Shown: in pieces, positions 28,962 through 39,379 of the stretch
Position numbering within the stretch: position 1 is the stretch's first letter
Layout of the letters: every line of letters begins with the position of its first letter
Origin: Promethearchaeota archaeon
GTDB taxonomy: Archaea > Asgardarchaeota > Lokiarchaeia > Sigyniarchaeales > SOKP01
DNA length: 64,000 bases
NCBI GenBank assembly: GCA_030603385.1
Contig: JAUVXW010000020.1
Span: 1-64,000 of the forward strand
Reading direction: 5' to 3'
Position numbers and translations under genes: made by a program
Notes under the pieces: model-generated
What the model saw: only the letters and a program-made list of their open reading frames with translations
What the model was told of the DNA's origin: nothing
The model's database searches: none

Positions 28962-29152
28962 AGTCTCTATAATATAAAGTAATAATAACTATAAAAATGT
29001 AAAGAAAATACGAGATAAACAATAAAATATTTTAAATTGAAAAATAAAGGTGATAAGTAACAGAAACTTAAAATTTTTGAAGCATAGATTGCATCAAATT
29101 CATTTAATTATATATTTTCACAAAAAAATTATGGTTATACTTAGATTATAAA

Positions 29153-31036
29153 ATGGAACAAAATACAAGTTATGATGAGTTCAAAGAATTCATAGGATTG
29201 CTTGATAAGAGTATTAAAACAAAAGATTTCCAACAATTACTAAATGTTATCTCTTCAGTTGAAAAATATGAAGAAATCTTTTTAAACAATTATCAAAGAC
29301 GCAAGAAAGAAGGCGTTTATTATACTGACAAAATTATTTCAGATTTTATAGTTAATGAAGCGTTGCTCCTTTTTCTCAATAAAAACCTTAATCTTAACCG
29401 CACAAGTATAATCGAAATTCGAAATATTGAGGAAATTTTTAAATTAAATTCAGATTTTCGGCAAGAAATTAGTGAAATCTTATTAAATGCTACAATTTGT
29501 GATCCTGCTTGCGGGTCCGGAGCTTTTTTAATAAGTTCAGCCGATATAATCTTTGAAATAATCAAAAAAATAAATCCAAAAACAAACAATATTAAAATCA
29601 AGAAAAAGCTGTTAAAGAATCTATATGGTTATGATATTAATGAATATGCTGTTGAATTATCGATTCTAAAACTATTTCAATGGTACCTTGAAGAGGGGAT
29701 TACAGATGTTCTAGAAGTATTTTCTCAATTAAAGATAAATATTAAATCAGAAAATAGCCTTATAAAATCAAGTTTGGGTAAATATGGCATAATAATTGGA
29801 AACCCTCCTTATGGAAATATTTTAAATAACCATGAAAAAGAAATTCTAAAAGAAAAAAAAATCTTTTATAGAGATATTTACTGCACATTTCTAATAAAGG
29901 CTTTAGACTGGACTAATAATATTATTGGCTTCTTAGTCCCAAAAAGTTTTCTTCTAAGGCAAGGATATATTAAATTTAGAAAAGAGTTATTATCAAAAGC
30001 TAATATTTTGAAAATCTTTGATATAGGATCAAAATTATTTAAAAACGCTACAAATGAAGTCCAAATAATTCTATATGAAAAAAAGAGCAAAACTTCTAAT
30101 AGAAATCTAAAAATTTATGACTTTCCTAAAAACAAGATAATTACTTATAAGAACCAAGAAGTAGATTCTCTAAAAATATGTTTTAATATTAAATGTCCCA
30201 TGAATTTAAAATCTAAAAAACTATATACATATACGTATCAAAAAAATTGTCCATATTGTAATTCAGAAACAATTGAACTAAATCGTATAAGAATTAAGGC
30301 AAATCCCTCTTCTTTTAAACTGATTAGCAAGATTGAAAAGAAAGGAGATCTAAATTATCTTAATCCTATAACCTTCCCCAAACTAATTAGGGGTGAAGAA
30401 GATAAAGGCTTAATCTTAATTAAAGAAAAACTGAGACATGATACTAGTGGCTCTTGTTTCTTCCTTAATGCCCGGAATGATTTTAATTACTATTATATAA
30501 ACCGAAATAAATCTGTTGATCTTGAAGAACTTAATGCTAACGTTTTAAAGGGTAATAATTTCGAATATTATAACTCTCCAAAATTATTAATTAAGCACAA
30601 TAACATAATCCCTGAAACCATTTATACCAAAGATATTGTATGCTTTACCTCCTCGGTTTATTCATTACTTCACGATGATAACAAAGAATTAAAATTCTTA
30701 AGTTCTATTTTGAATTCTAGTTTAATGCAATTTTATTGCATTTATGCTATTAATAATCAGAAAGATACAACAATTAACTTAAATCAATACATGATAAGAC
30801 ACCTTCCAATCGTAAAACCACCTGAACAATTAAAACTAAAACTCGCTGAGAATGTTAAGATCACAAATAAATTATTCAATGATAATAATGGTGCTATAAA
30901 TCAAAAAATTCGTCAAGTAGTAAAAGAGATTGACGACTTAGTATTTGACCTTTATTCAATTTCAGAAGATGAAAGAAAGATAATTATCTCTGATATTAAA
31001 AAGCGAATTAGGTTTTTCGAGAATGTTTATAGTTAA
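29153..31036 (+). CDS. N6-adenine DNA methyltransferase (TaqI/Eco57I-like, gamma class) with a C-terminal TaqI_C-like target-recognition region
   Basis: GVYYT, CDPACGSGAFL, YGYDIN, IIGNPPY, LSSILNSSL...LPI...IDDLVFDLY. Confidence 0.88.
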   Translation: MEQNTSYDEFKEFIGLLDKSIKTKDFQQLLNVISSVEKYEEIFLNNYQRRKKEGVYYTDKIISDFIVNEALLLFLNKNLNLNRTSIIEIRNIEEIFKLNSDFRQEISEILLNATICDPACGSGAFLISSADIIFEIIKKINPKTNNIKIKKKLLKNLYGYDINEYAVELSILKLFQWYLEEGITDVLEVFSQLKINIKSENSLIKSSLGKYGIIIGNPPYGNILNNHEKEILKEKKIFYRDIYCTFLIKALDWTNNIIGFLVPKSFLLRQGYIKFRKELLSKANILKIFDIGSKLFKNATNEVQIILYEKKSKTSNRNLKIYDFPKNKIITYKNQEVDSLKICFNIKCPMNLKSKKLYTYTYQKNCPYCNSETIELNRIRIKANPSSFKLISKIEKKGDLNYLNPITFPKLIRGEEDKGLILIKEKLRHDTSGSCFFLNARNDFNYYYINRNKSVDLEELNANVLKGNNFEYYNSPKLLIKHNNIIPETIYTKDIVCFTSSVYSLLHDDNKELKFLSSILNSSLMQFYCIYAINNQKDTTINLNQYMIRHLPIVKPPEQLKLKLAENVKITNKLFNDNNGAINQKIRQVVKEIDDLVFDLYSISEDERKIIISDIKKRIRFFENVYS

Positions 31037-31452
31037 TATTCATCTGATTTTAAATTACCTCTTCTAAATCTCTCTTTCACCAAACCTAACAAAAAATAAG
31101 CGAAATATCCCAATATTATACCCAATGTATCAAAAACAATATCATAAAAATCAAAATACCGATAAGGCACAAAATATTGATGGACTTCATCGAGAAATGC
31201 ATATAAAATTGATAGAGATATTAAATATTCAGTTTTTACTTTAGGGAATAATCCAAAGAAAATTAAAAAAGATAAAGCTCCGAACTCACAGACATGTAAT
31301 ATAGGATTAAGAAATAATGATGTAACTTTAGAAGGTGTTGTTGAATATGGATTACTTAAAGAGGAAAAATAAAAAATAATAATAGCCAATGTTACTGCGG
31401 GTAATAATTTTAGGATATCTTTATATTTCCAACTCCGTCCCTTATTAAACAT
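31033..31452 (-). CDS. VanZ-family membrane protein
   Basis: HVCEFGAL, YAFLDEVHQYFVPYR...D...D. Confidence 0.85.
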   Translation of the reverse strand: MFNKGRSWKYKDILKLLPAVTLAIIIFYFSSLSNPYSTTPSKVTSLFLNPILHVCEFGALSFLIFFGLFPKVKTEYLISLSILYAFLDEVHQYFVPYRYFDFYDIVFDTLGIILGYFAYFLLGLVKERFRRGNLKSDEY

Positions 31453-31465
31453 TATCTAAGTACTC

Positions 31466-31954
31466 CTAGAGCTTAAAATGAAAAGTACATATATTATCAC
31501 CCAGCCCCATAGCTTTTTCTCTTTCAAAAGTAATTTTTGGATTGAAATCTTCAAAGGCAGCTTTATAAAAAGGAAAACACATATTTTTGCATATTAAAGG
31601 TATTTTATCATGACGATTTTCATTTCTATCCATTGAGGCTTTATAGGGGCATTGCTTTACCTCTATAATAACTTCTGATTCTGAGATCCTGTTGACTTCA
31701 TATTTCCAACCCTCTATAGACCATCGAAATGTAATAATTTCAATTAAATCGCTCAATGAGCTTGTATCTATATTCAAATATTTCTTAAGTCTTCGTATAA
31801 TAATTTTAAAAAGTCTTGTCCAAACAGTAACATCTATTTTTAAAGCGGTTTCCCACCCAACTTCCTTTTCAGCTTCTAGCATCCAAAGACCATCCAATGT
31901 CACGAAATTTCTTTCATAATAAAACAACTTATCAGCATCAGTAACTTTTTTCAT
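31466..31954 (-). CDS. DUF6125 / V4R-like (ATC-hydrolase-like) small protein
   Basis: NFVTLDGLW, CPY...C...C..F. Confidence 0.65.
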   Translation of the reverse strand: MKKVTDADKLFYYERNFVTLDGLWMLEAEKEVGWETALKIDVTVWTRLFKIIIRRLKKYLNIDTSSLSDLIEIITFRWSIEGWKYEVNRISESEVIIEVKQCPYKASMDRNENRHDKIPLICKNMCFPFYKAAFEDFNPKITFEREKAMGLGDNICTFHFKL

Positions 31955-32108
31955 AATATCATCCTAATTAGTAAATCCTAACGATAAATAAAAAAATGAA
32001 TTAATATAATAAATAGTAACTTTATTTTAATAAACCACTGATTATCTTAACAATATAAAACATTACGTCATGCTAATTGATTATATTGCCTAATGTCTAT
32101 AAGCCTAG

Positions 32109-32978
32109 TTATTCTATAGTAAGATTAAATAAACGCTTAGCATTATTAAAAAAAATATTTTCATAGAAGTTTCTAGGCAGGTTTAGACTTAACAACCCTT
32201 TGGTGGAAAGATTATATTCATACGGTATATTTGGAAAATCTGAGCCAAATAAAATTCGATCCTGGTAGGAGGTTAAGTCATCTGGTTTGGGACGTTTAGC
32301 CTTCCTTTCAGGGAAAATATTATCTGGAATATATATCATCGTTGTATCCAAATAGAGATTCTCATACTTATCTAATAATTTTAAAAACTTGTTATATTCG
32401 AACGCACCCATATGAGGGATAATTATATTCATATTAGGATATTTTTCTATGAACTTTATGAAATTTTTATATCCTACATATTCGTTTCTATACGGGGCGG
32501 TTCCTATATGGACACAAAGCCATTTTCCTCTGTCAAGAATTAGGTCATATATTTCATACATCCTTTTATCATCCAAATAAAAATTCTGAACAAGGGGTTG
32601 AATTTTAATACCATAAAAATCATAATTATCGAAGACTTTTTTTATATATTCAACCCGATCTTTATCTTCGGGCCAAACGCAACCGAAACGTATAGCTTTT
32701 TTATGTCGTGTACAAAATTCATTTACCCATTCATTTATGTAATCTGCTACTCCTTTCTTATGAGCATAATTATATGTAGTAAAAGCCTTAACATTGTGAT
32801 TTTCCAAAAATTGCACTAATTCTTCTGGGGATTGCTTATAATTAATAGGCCAACCTTGAAGATTACCCTTTCCATCTGTTTTTTCAAAAAAATCCCAGAT
32901 TGCCTTAAATATTTGAGGTGGGAAAAAGTGGCAGTGGGCATCAATAAAATCAAAATCTTCACGTGTATAAAGCATCAA
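32109..32978 (-). CDS. Amidohydrolase (Amidohydro_2 family)
   Basis: IDAHCH, GIKIQP, HIG, PHMG, ILFGSDFP. Confidence 0.88.
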   Translation of the reverse strand: MMLYTREDFDFIDAHCHFFPPQIFKAIWDFFEKTDGKGNLQGWPINYKQSPEELVQFLENHNVKAFTTYNYAHKKGVADYINEWVNEFCTRHKKAIRFGCVWPEDKDRVEYIKKVFDNYDFYGIKIQPLVQNFYLDDKRMYEIYDLILDRGKWLCVHIGTAPYRNEYVGYKNFIKFIEKYPNMNIIIPHMGAFEYNKFLKLLDKYENLYLDTTMIYIPDNIFPERKAKRPKPDDLTSYQDRILFGSDFPNIPYEYNLSTKGLLSLNLPRNFYENIFFNNAKRLFNLTIE

Positions 32979-33014
32979 TAAGAAGAATTTAAAGAACCTT
33001 ATAAAATTTTAAAT

Positions 33015-34226
33015 TTAATAAGTTGAGAAATTTACTTGAAGGTTTTTTAGTTTTTTTATTGAATCTGGTAAGGTTGGGGAAGTATTCCTTCCGATGCAAA
33101 GTGTTTTAAGCGATTTCAAGTTGGTTATAGCTTCTGGAAACGCTTTTAGATATGTATTCTCTAAATCTAAAATTCGTAATGATTTTAATCGTTTTATAGA
33201 CGGGGAAATTGATCTAAGCTTGTAGTTATTAATTATTAATACTTTAAGACTTTGCAAATAACTGATATTTTCAATAATTGAATCTGAGCCACAACCATGT
33301 AGGTACAGCTCTTCTAAAGATGCTAGGTTTCGTATTAAAGGAGTAATTATGTTTTTTCTAAAAAAATCGTTTGAAAAAATTATCAGTTTTTTAAGAAATG
33401 GAAAATTCTGCAACTCTGTTGGATATTCTCGAATTCCACATTTTAAACAAATTTCTTCTTCTCCTGTTTGAAAATCGTACTCAAAGTTAGGATCATTTGA
33501 CTTAAGCATTTTACGCATCATAAAGAGTTTTTCTTTCTCACACCCTTCACAGTAGTTTGAATCAACTAACACTATGGTATCAACATGATTATTTTTGGTG
33601 CTAAACATAGCCGAATTACGTTGACTATAGAAGTTAACTTTTTCTCTTGCTTCATAAATTTGGATAGAATGCTTGTAAACAAACTTAACATCAATTCTTC
33701 TCTCCATATTTCTTAGTGCTTCAGCTTCCCTTACAGGAATCATTACTCCTCTGAAATCTGTATCTAAATAGTGAATATAATTCTCTTCTTTTAGAAATTC
33801 TACAACGCTCGGGTGTCCTGAATCATATCTTTTTTGTATTTCCTCTTTAAATGCATGTTTCGCAATAGGATCTCCCGCCTTTGCTAGTGCATTTAACAAT
33901 GGAAATGCTAAATTTCTATGAAGAAGACGGCTATCATAATTATTTTCTGCCCAAACTTGAATATTAGAGCAATGTCCCCAAAATTCGGTCTCTGGAGGGA
34001 TGTCTATTTTTGGTTGATCATTTATTTCAAGAGAATTGTCTAATCGCTCTGCAGCTTCATCAATTGATTCAACATCATCAAGTTCTGTTATCTTTTTTAC
34101 CGGAATTTCTAATAAAAAAAATTTACATTGATTAAATAATCGAGACTTTATGTAGATATTGGTAATCCCTTCTTCCAACATTAACGTTATGTAGTCATTA
34201 ACCTTGAATTCTTTAGAGGACATCAA
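33015..34226 (-). CDS. Loki-type leucine-rich-repeat protein with a conserved N-terminal domain
   Basis: EFKVNDYITL, ESIDEAAE, EFWGHCSNIQVWAENNYDSRLLHRNLAFPLL, C-terminal LxxLxxLxL repeats. Confidence 0.85.
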   Translation of the reverse strand: MMSSKEFKVNDYITLMLEEGITNIYIKSRLFNQCKFFLLEIPVKKITELDDVESIDEAAERLDNSLEINDQPKIDIPPETEFWGHCSNIQVWAENNYDSRLLHRNLAFPLLNALAKAGDPIAKHAFKEEIQKRYDSGHPSVVEFLKEENYIHYLDTDFRGVMIPVREAEALRNMERRIDVKFVYKHSIQIYEAREKVNFYSQRNSAMFSTKNNHVDTIVLVDSNYCEGCEKEKLFMMRKMLKSNDPNFEYDFQTGEEEICLKCGIREYPTELQNFPFLKKLIIFSNDFFRKNIITPLIRNLASLEELYLHGCGSDSIIENISYLQSLKVLIINNYKLRSISPSIKRLKSLRILDLENTYLKAFPEAITNLKSLKTLCIGRNTSPTLPDSIKKLKNLQVNFSTY

Positions 34227-34409
34227 TTTTTAAATTATAATTCTTGTCTTATAATAATATAGGTTATCTTAAAATATAAAATTTAAACCTAAGCAGATTC
34301 CAAAAAAATTTAAAATTTAAAATTGTTATATTAAAATCAACATTAGGAAAAAGGAATTCAAATTAAACTCGAATTGTATAAAAATAAAGTGAGAAAAAAA
34401 TTTTTGAAT

Positions 34410-34571
34410 TTAATCTTTAACTTTTCTCAAAATCACACTGAGTTCCGTTTTTAGCAAATCTCTTATTGCTACACGGATGACTTCCGAACGATTTGGATAT
34501 AAGTTCATGTTGACCAGTTCTTCAATTCCGGATAAATACGCCTCTGGAATGTGGCAAGTAATTAATTTGAT
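34410..34571 (-). CDS. Ribbon-helix-helix (CopG/Arc/MetJ, CdrS-like) transcription regulator, 53 aa, non-canonical ATC start; not in the ORF track
   Basis: (M)KLITCHIPEAYLSGIEELVNMNLYPNRSEVIRVAIRDLLKTELSVILRKVKD*. SD GAGGTG lies 7 nt upstream of ATC, and an in-frame TGA lies 3 codons upstream. Confidence 0.88.
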   Translation of the reverse strand: MKLITCHIPEAYLSGIEELVNMNLYPNRSEVIRVAIRDLLKTELSVILRKVKD

Positions 34572-35073
34572 GCGTTTTCACCTCAAATAGTCTTCTTTTA
34601 TTAGTTATTTAGGAATTAAACATGTTTCGTTAATGTTTTGAAGCTTACAAAGATATATAGTTGTATATAATACCACGGTAATACAGAAGAAATTTTAATG
34701 ATTTACTCTAAAATTTAGGATAAAAATAAAATAAAATAAAATAAAAACAAAAAAATATTAATTATTCGCTTTTACTCTGCCTTCGTTGGTAGATTAAGTA
34801 ACCTGAACTTCAAAAAAAATATAAGTGGATTTATAATAAACCTCAAGATAATTCATATTGGGATTTGTTGTCATAAAATTGAAGACCTCAGTAAAAAATA
34901 CAAAATTGAGTGTGTGAATTGCTTTCATCACGGAGGATTTAAAAACAAATCATGATTTATTTATCTACTTTCTTTAAAACTAGCAATTATGCTAAAAAGT
35001 ATTATAAAAAAGTTTAGAATTAGAAAAAGAAAGTTAAAATTAGAATAAAAATATAAAAATTGATGTAAAAAAT

Positions 35074-36173
35074 ATGTCAGAGACAATAATTAAACTGGAG
35101 AATTTAACTAAAAAGTTCGGAAAATTTACTGCTGTAAATAATATTAATCTTGAAGTGCGCAGGGGTGAAATAATTGGACTAGTAGGGCCTAATGGTGCTG
35201 GAAAAACAACGACTATAAAGATGATTGCTAAAATTTTAAGGCCAAATTCAGGAAGAATCTTAATTAGAACAAATCATGGTACTTAGAAGATTTACAGAAA
35301 GTTTCTGCGACAGTCACACAAATGGGATTTTTAATTGATATCCCTGAATTTTACAAAATGACTGCTTATCAACTGCTTAAATATTTTGCTAAACTTCAAA
35401 ATTACCCTAAAAATAAAATAAATGAAAGAATCGATTGGCTTTTAGCATTTTTTAAACTTACTGAATGGAAGCATGAAAATGTGAAAAAATTTTCCAAAGG
35501 CATGAAACAGAAAGTAGGTCTTATTCAAGCGATTATACATGATCCAGAGATTATAATATTAGATGAGCCACAAACTGGTTTAGACCCATTAGCACGTGTT
35601 GATATACGGAATGGTATAAAAGCACTTCAATCCCAAGGTAAAACTATTTTTGTAGCATCACACATGTTATATGAAATTTCTGAAATATGTGATAAGATTG
35701 CCATGATTAACCGCGGGGCGATAATTGGATTTGATACAGTCGAGAATTTAGCAAGTGCTTTAAAAACAAGTGAAGTAATTTTTGAAGTACTTGAGTCTAT
35801 TACACCACATGAATTAGATCCATTACTAAGTCGTTTAACCGAAAAACTCAATCCCTATTTAGACAAGGACTTAGATCCTAGTGTTTCTAAGATTCCTATA
35901 AAATATTATCCTGAAGAAAAAGAATTAAAAATTTTTTATGATGGAAAAAATAAATCAAAAGGAGAAATTTTGAAAATACTTATTAAGGAATTCGAATCAG
36001 ATTTTACAGTGGTTTCATATACTCAAGAAAAAACATCTCAATTAGAAAGAGTTTATACCCAAATGGTAAAAGATAATGAACCTGAACCAAACATTCAAGA
36101 TGTTAAAATTAAGGAAAAAAAAAAAAAATTTAGACTAAGAAAAGGCCAATTAAAAGGAGAGATCAAAAAATGA
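35074..36173 (+). pseudogene. ABC-2 type transporter ATP-binding protein split by a 1-nt frameshift near 35281
   Basis: Walker A GPNGAGKTT is in 35074-35286; FSKGMKQK signature, ILDEP and SH are in 35322-36173. The second frame is already open from ~35283 (LEDLQKVSATVTQMG). Confidence 0.8.
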
Positions 36174-37000
36174 GAATTAATCAAGAATTATTAATTGGAC
36201 TAAAACCAATCTATAACACGATTACATTTGAAATCAAAAAGCAGAGAAAAAAATTTTTTGCTTTTTTAGTACTTATAATCATGGTTTCTATTGCAATTGC
36301 TGTTATAACTGGATTTGTTCTACCGGATACAAAATTGGATTTTTTTTTCACATCTTTAGTTTTTATCATATTCTTAGAAGATTTTGCTGCTTGTTTGTTT
36401 TTCTCGGCAATAATTTGCTCTGAATTTGATAAAAAAACGGGTTATATCGTTTTTCCTAAAATAAATAAATATAAATTGATACTCGGTAAATATCTCGGAA
36501 ACTTAATTTTAGTTATTATTCTAATAACATCTTACTACATAATACTTGGACTTTTAGGACTTTTCTATTATGGGGGAGAGACTAGCATCCGACTTTTTTA
36601 TTCCTATCTTATAGCGTTATTATATTTAAGTACTTTAAGCAGTTTTGTTACATTTTTTAGCTCATTTTTAAAATCTGTGAATGGTACAATTGTTATTACT
36701 TTTATACTTCTTCTACTCGGATTTCTGATGATTGATCAGATTATCACATTAATTTTTGCTGAAAAATTTGAACCGCTTTACTCTTTAGCTTTCTTAGGTA
36801 ATCTTATATTTAACATACTTGCAGATCCATTTCCAAATCCTCGATACGACAAAGTTCCCTTTGATCCAATGAATCCTGATGCGGGTTCAATGGTTCAGTG
36901 GTTAACGCCTAGTATTGGGGTGGGAATTACAATGCTGATCTTGTTTACTGTGCTTTTCTTTACACTCGCAGCACTACTATTCAAAAGAAGACAATTGTAG
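36170..37000 (+). CDS. ABC-2 type transporter permease
   Basis: About 6 TM segments, SEFDKKTG...ILGKY, C-terminal FKRRQL; ATGA-type overlap with the ATPase. Confidence 0.85.
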   Translation: MRINQELLIGLKPIYNTITFEIKKQRKKFFAFLVLIIMVSIAIAVITGFVLPDTKLDFFFTSLVFIIFLEDFAACLFFSAIICSEFDKKTGYIVFPKINKYKLILGKYLGNLILVIILITSYYIILGLLGLFYYGGETSIRLFYSYLIALLYLSTLSSFVTFFSSFLKSVNGTIVITFILLLLGFLMIDQIITLIFAEKFEPLYSLAFLGNLIFNILADPFPNPRYDKVPFDPMNPDAGSMVQWLTPSIGVGITMLILFTVLFFTLAALLFKRRQL

Positions 37001-37144
37001 AAAAATGAAAAATAGGCAGTTCATGAAATAAATATTTTTTTTCATGAGATGGCAAAATCATCTCAGTCTTTTTTTTTTCTCAAACGATAAGTTGAAAAAC
37101 CAATAAACAGTAAATTAAAAAATATAAAAAAAATATTATTATTT

Positions 37145-37189
37145 GGGGTGCTTTAGAAGTAGTGTCTCTGCGCGCTTCTAAAACGCTCC
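37145..37189 (-). terminator. Strong hairpin 3' of the Hsp20 gene, followed by a T-rich tract on the minus strand
   Basis: GGGGTG-C-TTTAGAAGT...GCTTCTAAA-A-CGCTCC arms between convergent genes. Confidence 0.5.
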
Positions 37190-37211
37190 GCCTAAAATTT
37201 TAATGTATTGA

Positions 37212-37703
37212 TTAACTTTCACTTATATTTATATTCTTGGGGGATTTCTTACCAAATGTTACCTTTAGGAGCCCATTAGCCATTTTTGAGACTATTGTAT
37301 CCGTATCTGCATCAGCTGGTAAAGGAACATCCATGTTTACATCAATAAATGTAAAACCTTTCCAGAAGTTTGGACCACAGCATTCATGAGGTGATTCCTG
37401 TTCCTTTTCTCCCTCCTTTATATTTTCCTTTTCAGGGATCTTCGGGCTCTCTGCCTTAATATTAAGATATTTATTAATTAGAGAAACCTTAACTTCTTCT
37501 TTAGTGCGACCAGCTAAGGGTACAGTAATCAAATAGCTATCTCCAAGGTCTTCCACATTATGTGGTATATGACTTCCCATAAAACCTCTCATAAAATTTT
37601 TTGCTAAATGTTTCATTTTATGCAGTTGTTGAGGATTAAATGGAAAACAACCAACCATCCCTACTCGTCCATGGTGTGAGCCATGCGGGCTTTCTTGACA
37701 CAT
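37212..37703 (-). CDS. Small heat-shock protein (Hsp20/alpha-crystallin)
   Basis: YLITVPLAG..KEEVKV...LNIKA...LP..AD...SKMANGLLKVT. Confidence 0.85.
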   Translation of the reverse strand: MCQESPHGSHHGRVGMVGCFPFNPQQLHKMKHLAKNFMRGFMGSHIPHNVEDLGDSYLITVPLAGRTKEEVKVSLINKYLNIKAESPKIPEKENIKEGEKEQESPHECCGPNFWKGFTFIDVNMDVPLPADADTDTIVSKMANGLLKVTFGKKSPKNINISES

Positions 37704-37762
37704 ATTTTTATACCTCTTTTTTTTAATTTTTTTATTTTATTAAATTTTTTTTTGTTAACAAT

Positions 37763-38389
37763 TTAAGAATAGAAGTCATCATCGTAGATTTCAATAGGTT
37801 TAGATTTTTCTTTGCGTTCCTTCTCAATATTAGCTAGTATTAATTTGTATCTAGCGATTTGATTATCAATTATTTTTATTCTTTGGTTAAGTTCAATTCT
37901 CGAAGTCTCAAGTCTATTTACAACATTTTTAATATGTTGTTGATTTTTGAGAGTTAAATCATTTTCATCAATTTCTATATGCCTGTGGTGGGGGAAACTA
38001 CAAAACATTGTTTCCACGTTTCTTTTGACTTTTGGAAGATCTCCAATGAGAGTAAAAATGGATTCCATAAAAGAATGCATACTAGGATAAATATTATTAC
38101 TTAAAGCATTTTTAAGAACTTCCTTTCCTTCTTTTGTTATATGATATCCTTTTTTGAGACGTTTTGTACCATCTATTTCTTCAATCCGAACTAATACTTT
38201 CTCTGCTAAACTCTTTAATATTGGGTATATAGATCCTGCGGTGCCTCTCCATAATCCTCTTGGTTTACTAGCTATTTTTTGAATTATATCATATCCAGTA
38301 ATTCCTGCATTATTTTTAATTATCTTTAGGACTAATATCTCTAAACCTGTTATTTCTCCTGTTCTATGTTTACTAAAAATTGTAATCAC
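37763..38389 (-). CDS. PadR-family transcription regulator with C-terminal coiled coil
   Basis: GYDIIQKI...TAGSIYPILKSL...YHITKEG. True start uncertain because the GTG overlaps the SD; ATT at 38380 is possible. Confidence 0.88.
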   Translation of the reverse strand: MITIFSKHRTGEITGLEILVLKIIKNNAGITGYDIIQKIASKPRGLWRGTAGSIYPILKSLAEKVLVRIEEIDGTKRLKKGYHITKEGKEVLKNALSNNIYPSMHSFMESIFTLIGDLPKVKRNVETMFCSFPHHRHIEIDENDLTLKNQQHIKNVVNRLETSRIELNQRIKIIDNQIARYKLILANIEKERKEKSKPIEIYDDDFYS

Positions 38390-38400
38390 CTAAAATAATA

Positions 38401-38420
38401 ATATATCGGTTTCGATATAT
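38401..38420. promoter_or_regulatory. Perfect palindromic operator ATATATCG-N4-CGATATAT overlapping the padR TATA box
   Basis: 8-bp inverted repeat 12 nt upstream of padR, in the divergent padR/nitroreductase gap. The minus-strand TTTATATA overlaps it. Confidence 0.7.
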
Positions 38421-38474
38421 AAACTTGTTGGCTGTTCATAATATATTAAGGATCAAAATTTTGTATTAATAATT

Positions 38475-39260
38475 ATGCCGATTATAGGAGTAGATGTTGA
38501 AAAATGTTCTAATTGTAAAGAATGCATAGAAGAATGCCCTACTAAAAATTTTAGCATGGAGGAAAAACAAGAACATATAGTTTTTGATGGTTCAAGATGT
38601 ATTCTCTGTGGACATTGTATAGCTGTTTGTCCGGAAGATGCGATAAAGTATGATAACATGAAAGATACCACCTTTATTTTTGAGGGAAATAAAGATCCAA
38701 GTGAACTTATTTCATATGAAGCATTGCATAATTTTTTACGCGCTAAAAGGTCTATTAGGCAATATAAACCTAACAAGGTTCCTAAAGAAATTATCGGTAA
38801 AGTTATAAATTCTATGAGATATGCCCCAACAGGAGCAAATATGCGTAATTTGAAGTGCTTAATATTTTCTAATGATAATAAAAAAAAGATATTAACAGAT
38901 TCAATTATAAATGCATTAGAATCAGGAGAAGTTAGAGAGAGTTTTAGAAAAAGGCAAGAAAAAGGATTAGATCCTATTTTTTATAATGCCCCTCATGTAC
39001 TTATTTTCTATTCTAAAAATCCTTGGGACACTCTAAATGTCACTATCGCTATGACATATGGTATGTTAAGTGCTCAATCTTTGGGTTTAGGAAGTTGTTG
39101 GATTGGATTTGCTCATGGAATCTTACAAGATCATCCAGAAATAAAGAAAAAGTTCACAGGGATTGAGACTTATGTTCTAGGTGTAATGACCCTTGGATAT
39201 CCTGCAGTGAAATATTTCCGAGCTCCTCCTCGACCACCAATAGAAGTTAAAGAAATTTAA
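38475..39260 (+). CDS. Nitroreductase with an N-terminal 2x[4Fe-4S] ferredoxin
   Basis: CSNCKECIEECP, CILCGHCIAVCP, KRSIRQY, APTGAN, SLGLGSCWIG. Confidence 0.9.
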   Translation: MPIIGVDVEKCSNCKECIEECPTKNFSMEEKQEHIVFDGSRCILCGHCIAVCPEDAIKYDNMKDTTFIFEGNKDPSELISYEALHNFLRAKRSIRQYKPNKVPKEIIGKVINSMRYAPTGANMRNLKCLIFSNDNKKKILTDSIINALESGEVRESFRKRQEKGLDPIFYNAPHVLIFYSKNPWDTLNVTIAMTYGMLSAQSLGLGSCWIGFAHGILQDHPEIKKKFTGIETYVLGVMTLGYPAVKYFRAPPRPPIEVKEI

Positions 39261-39379
39261 ATTTGTATTAAGCCTTTAATTTCTATTCTCAAAAAAGATC
39301 TCTTAATAAAGTAAAAGATTACGTCGAGTATAGCCTTTAAATAGTAAAATTTTAACAAGAAAAAAGAAAAAACATTTTT

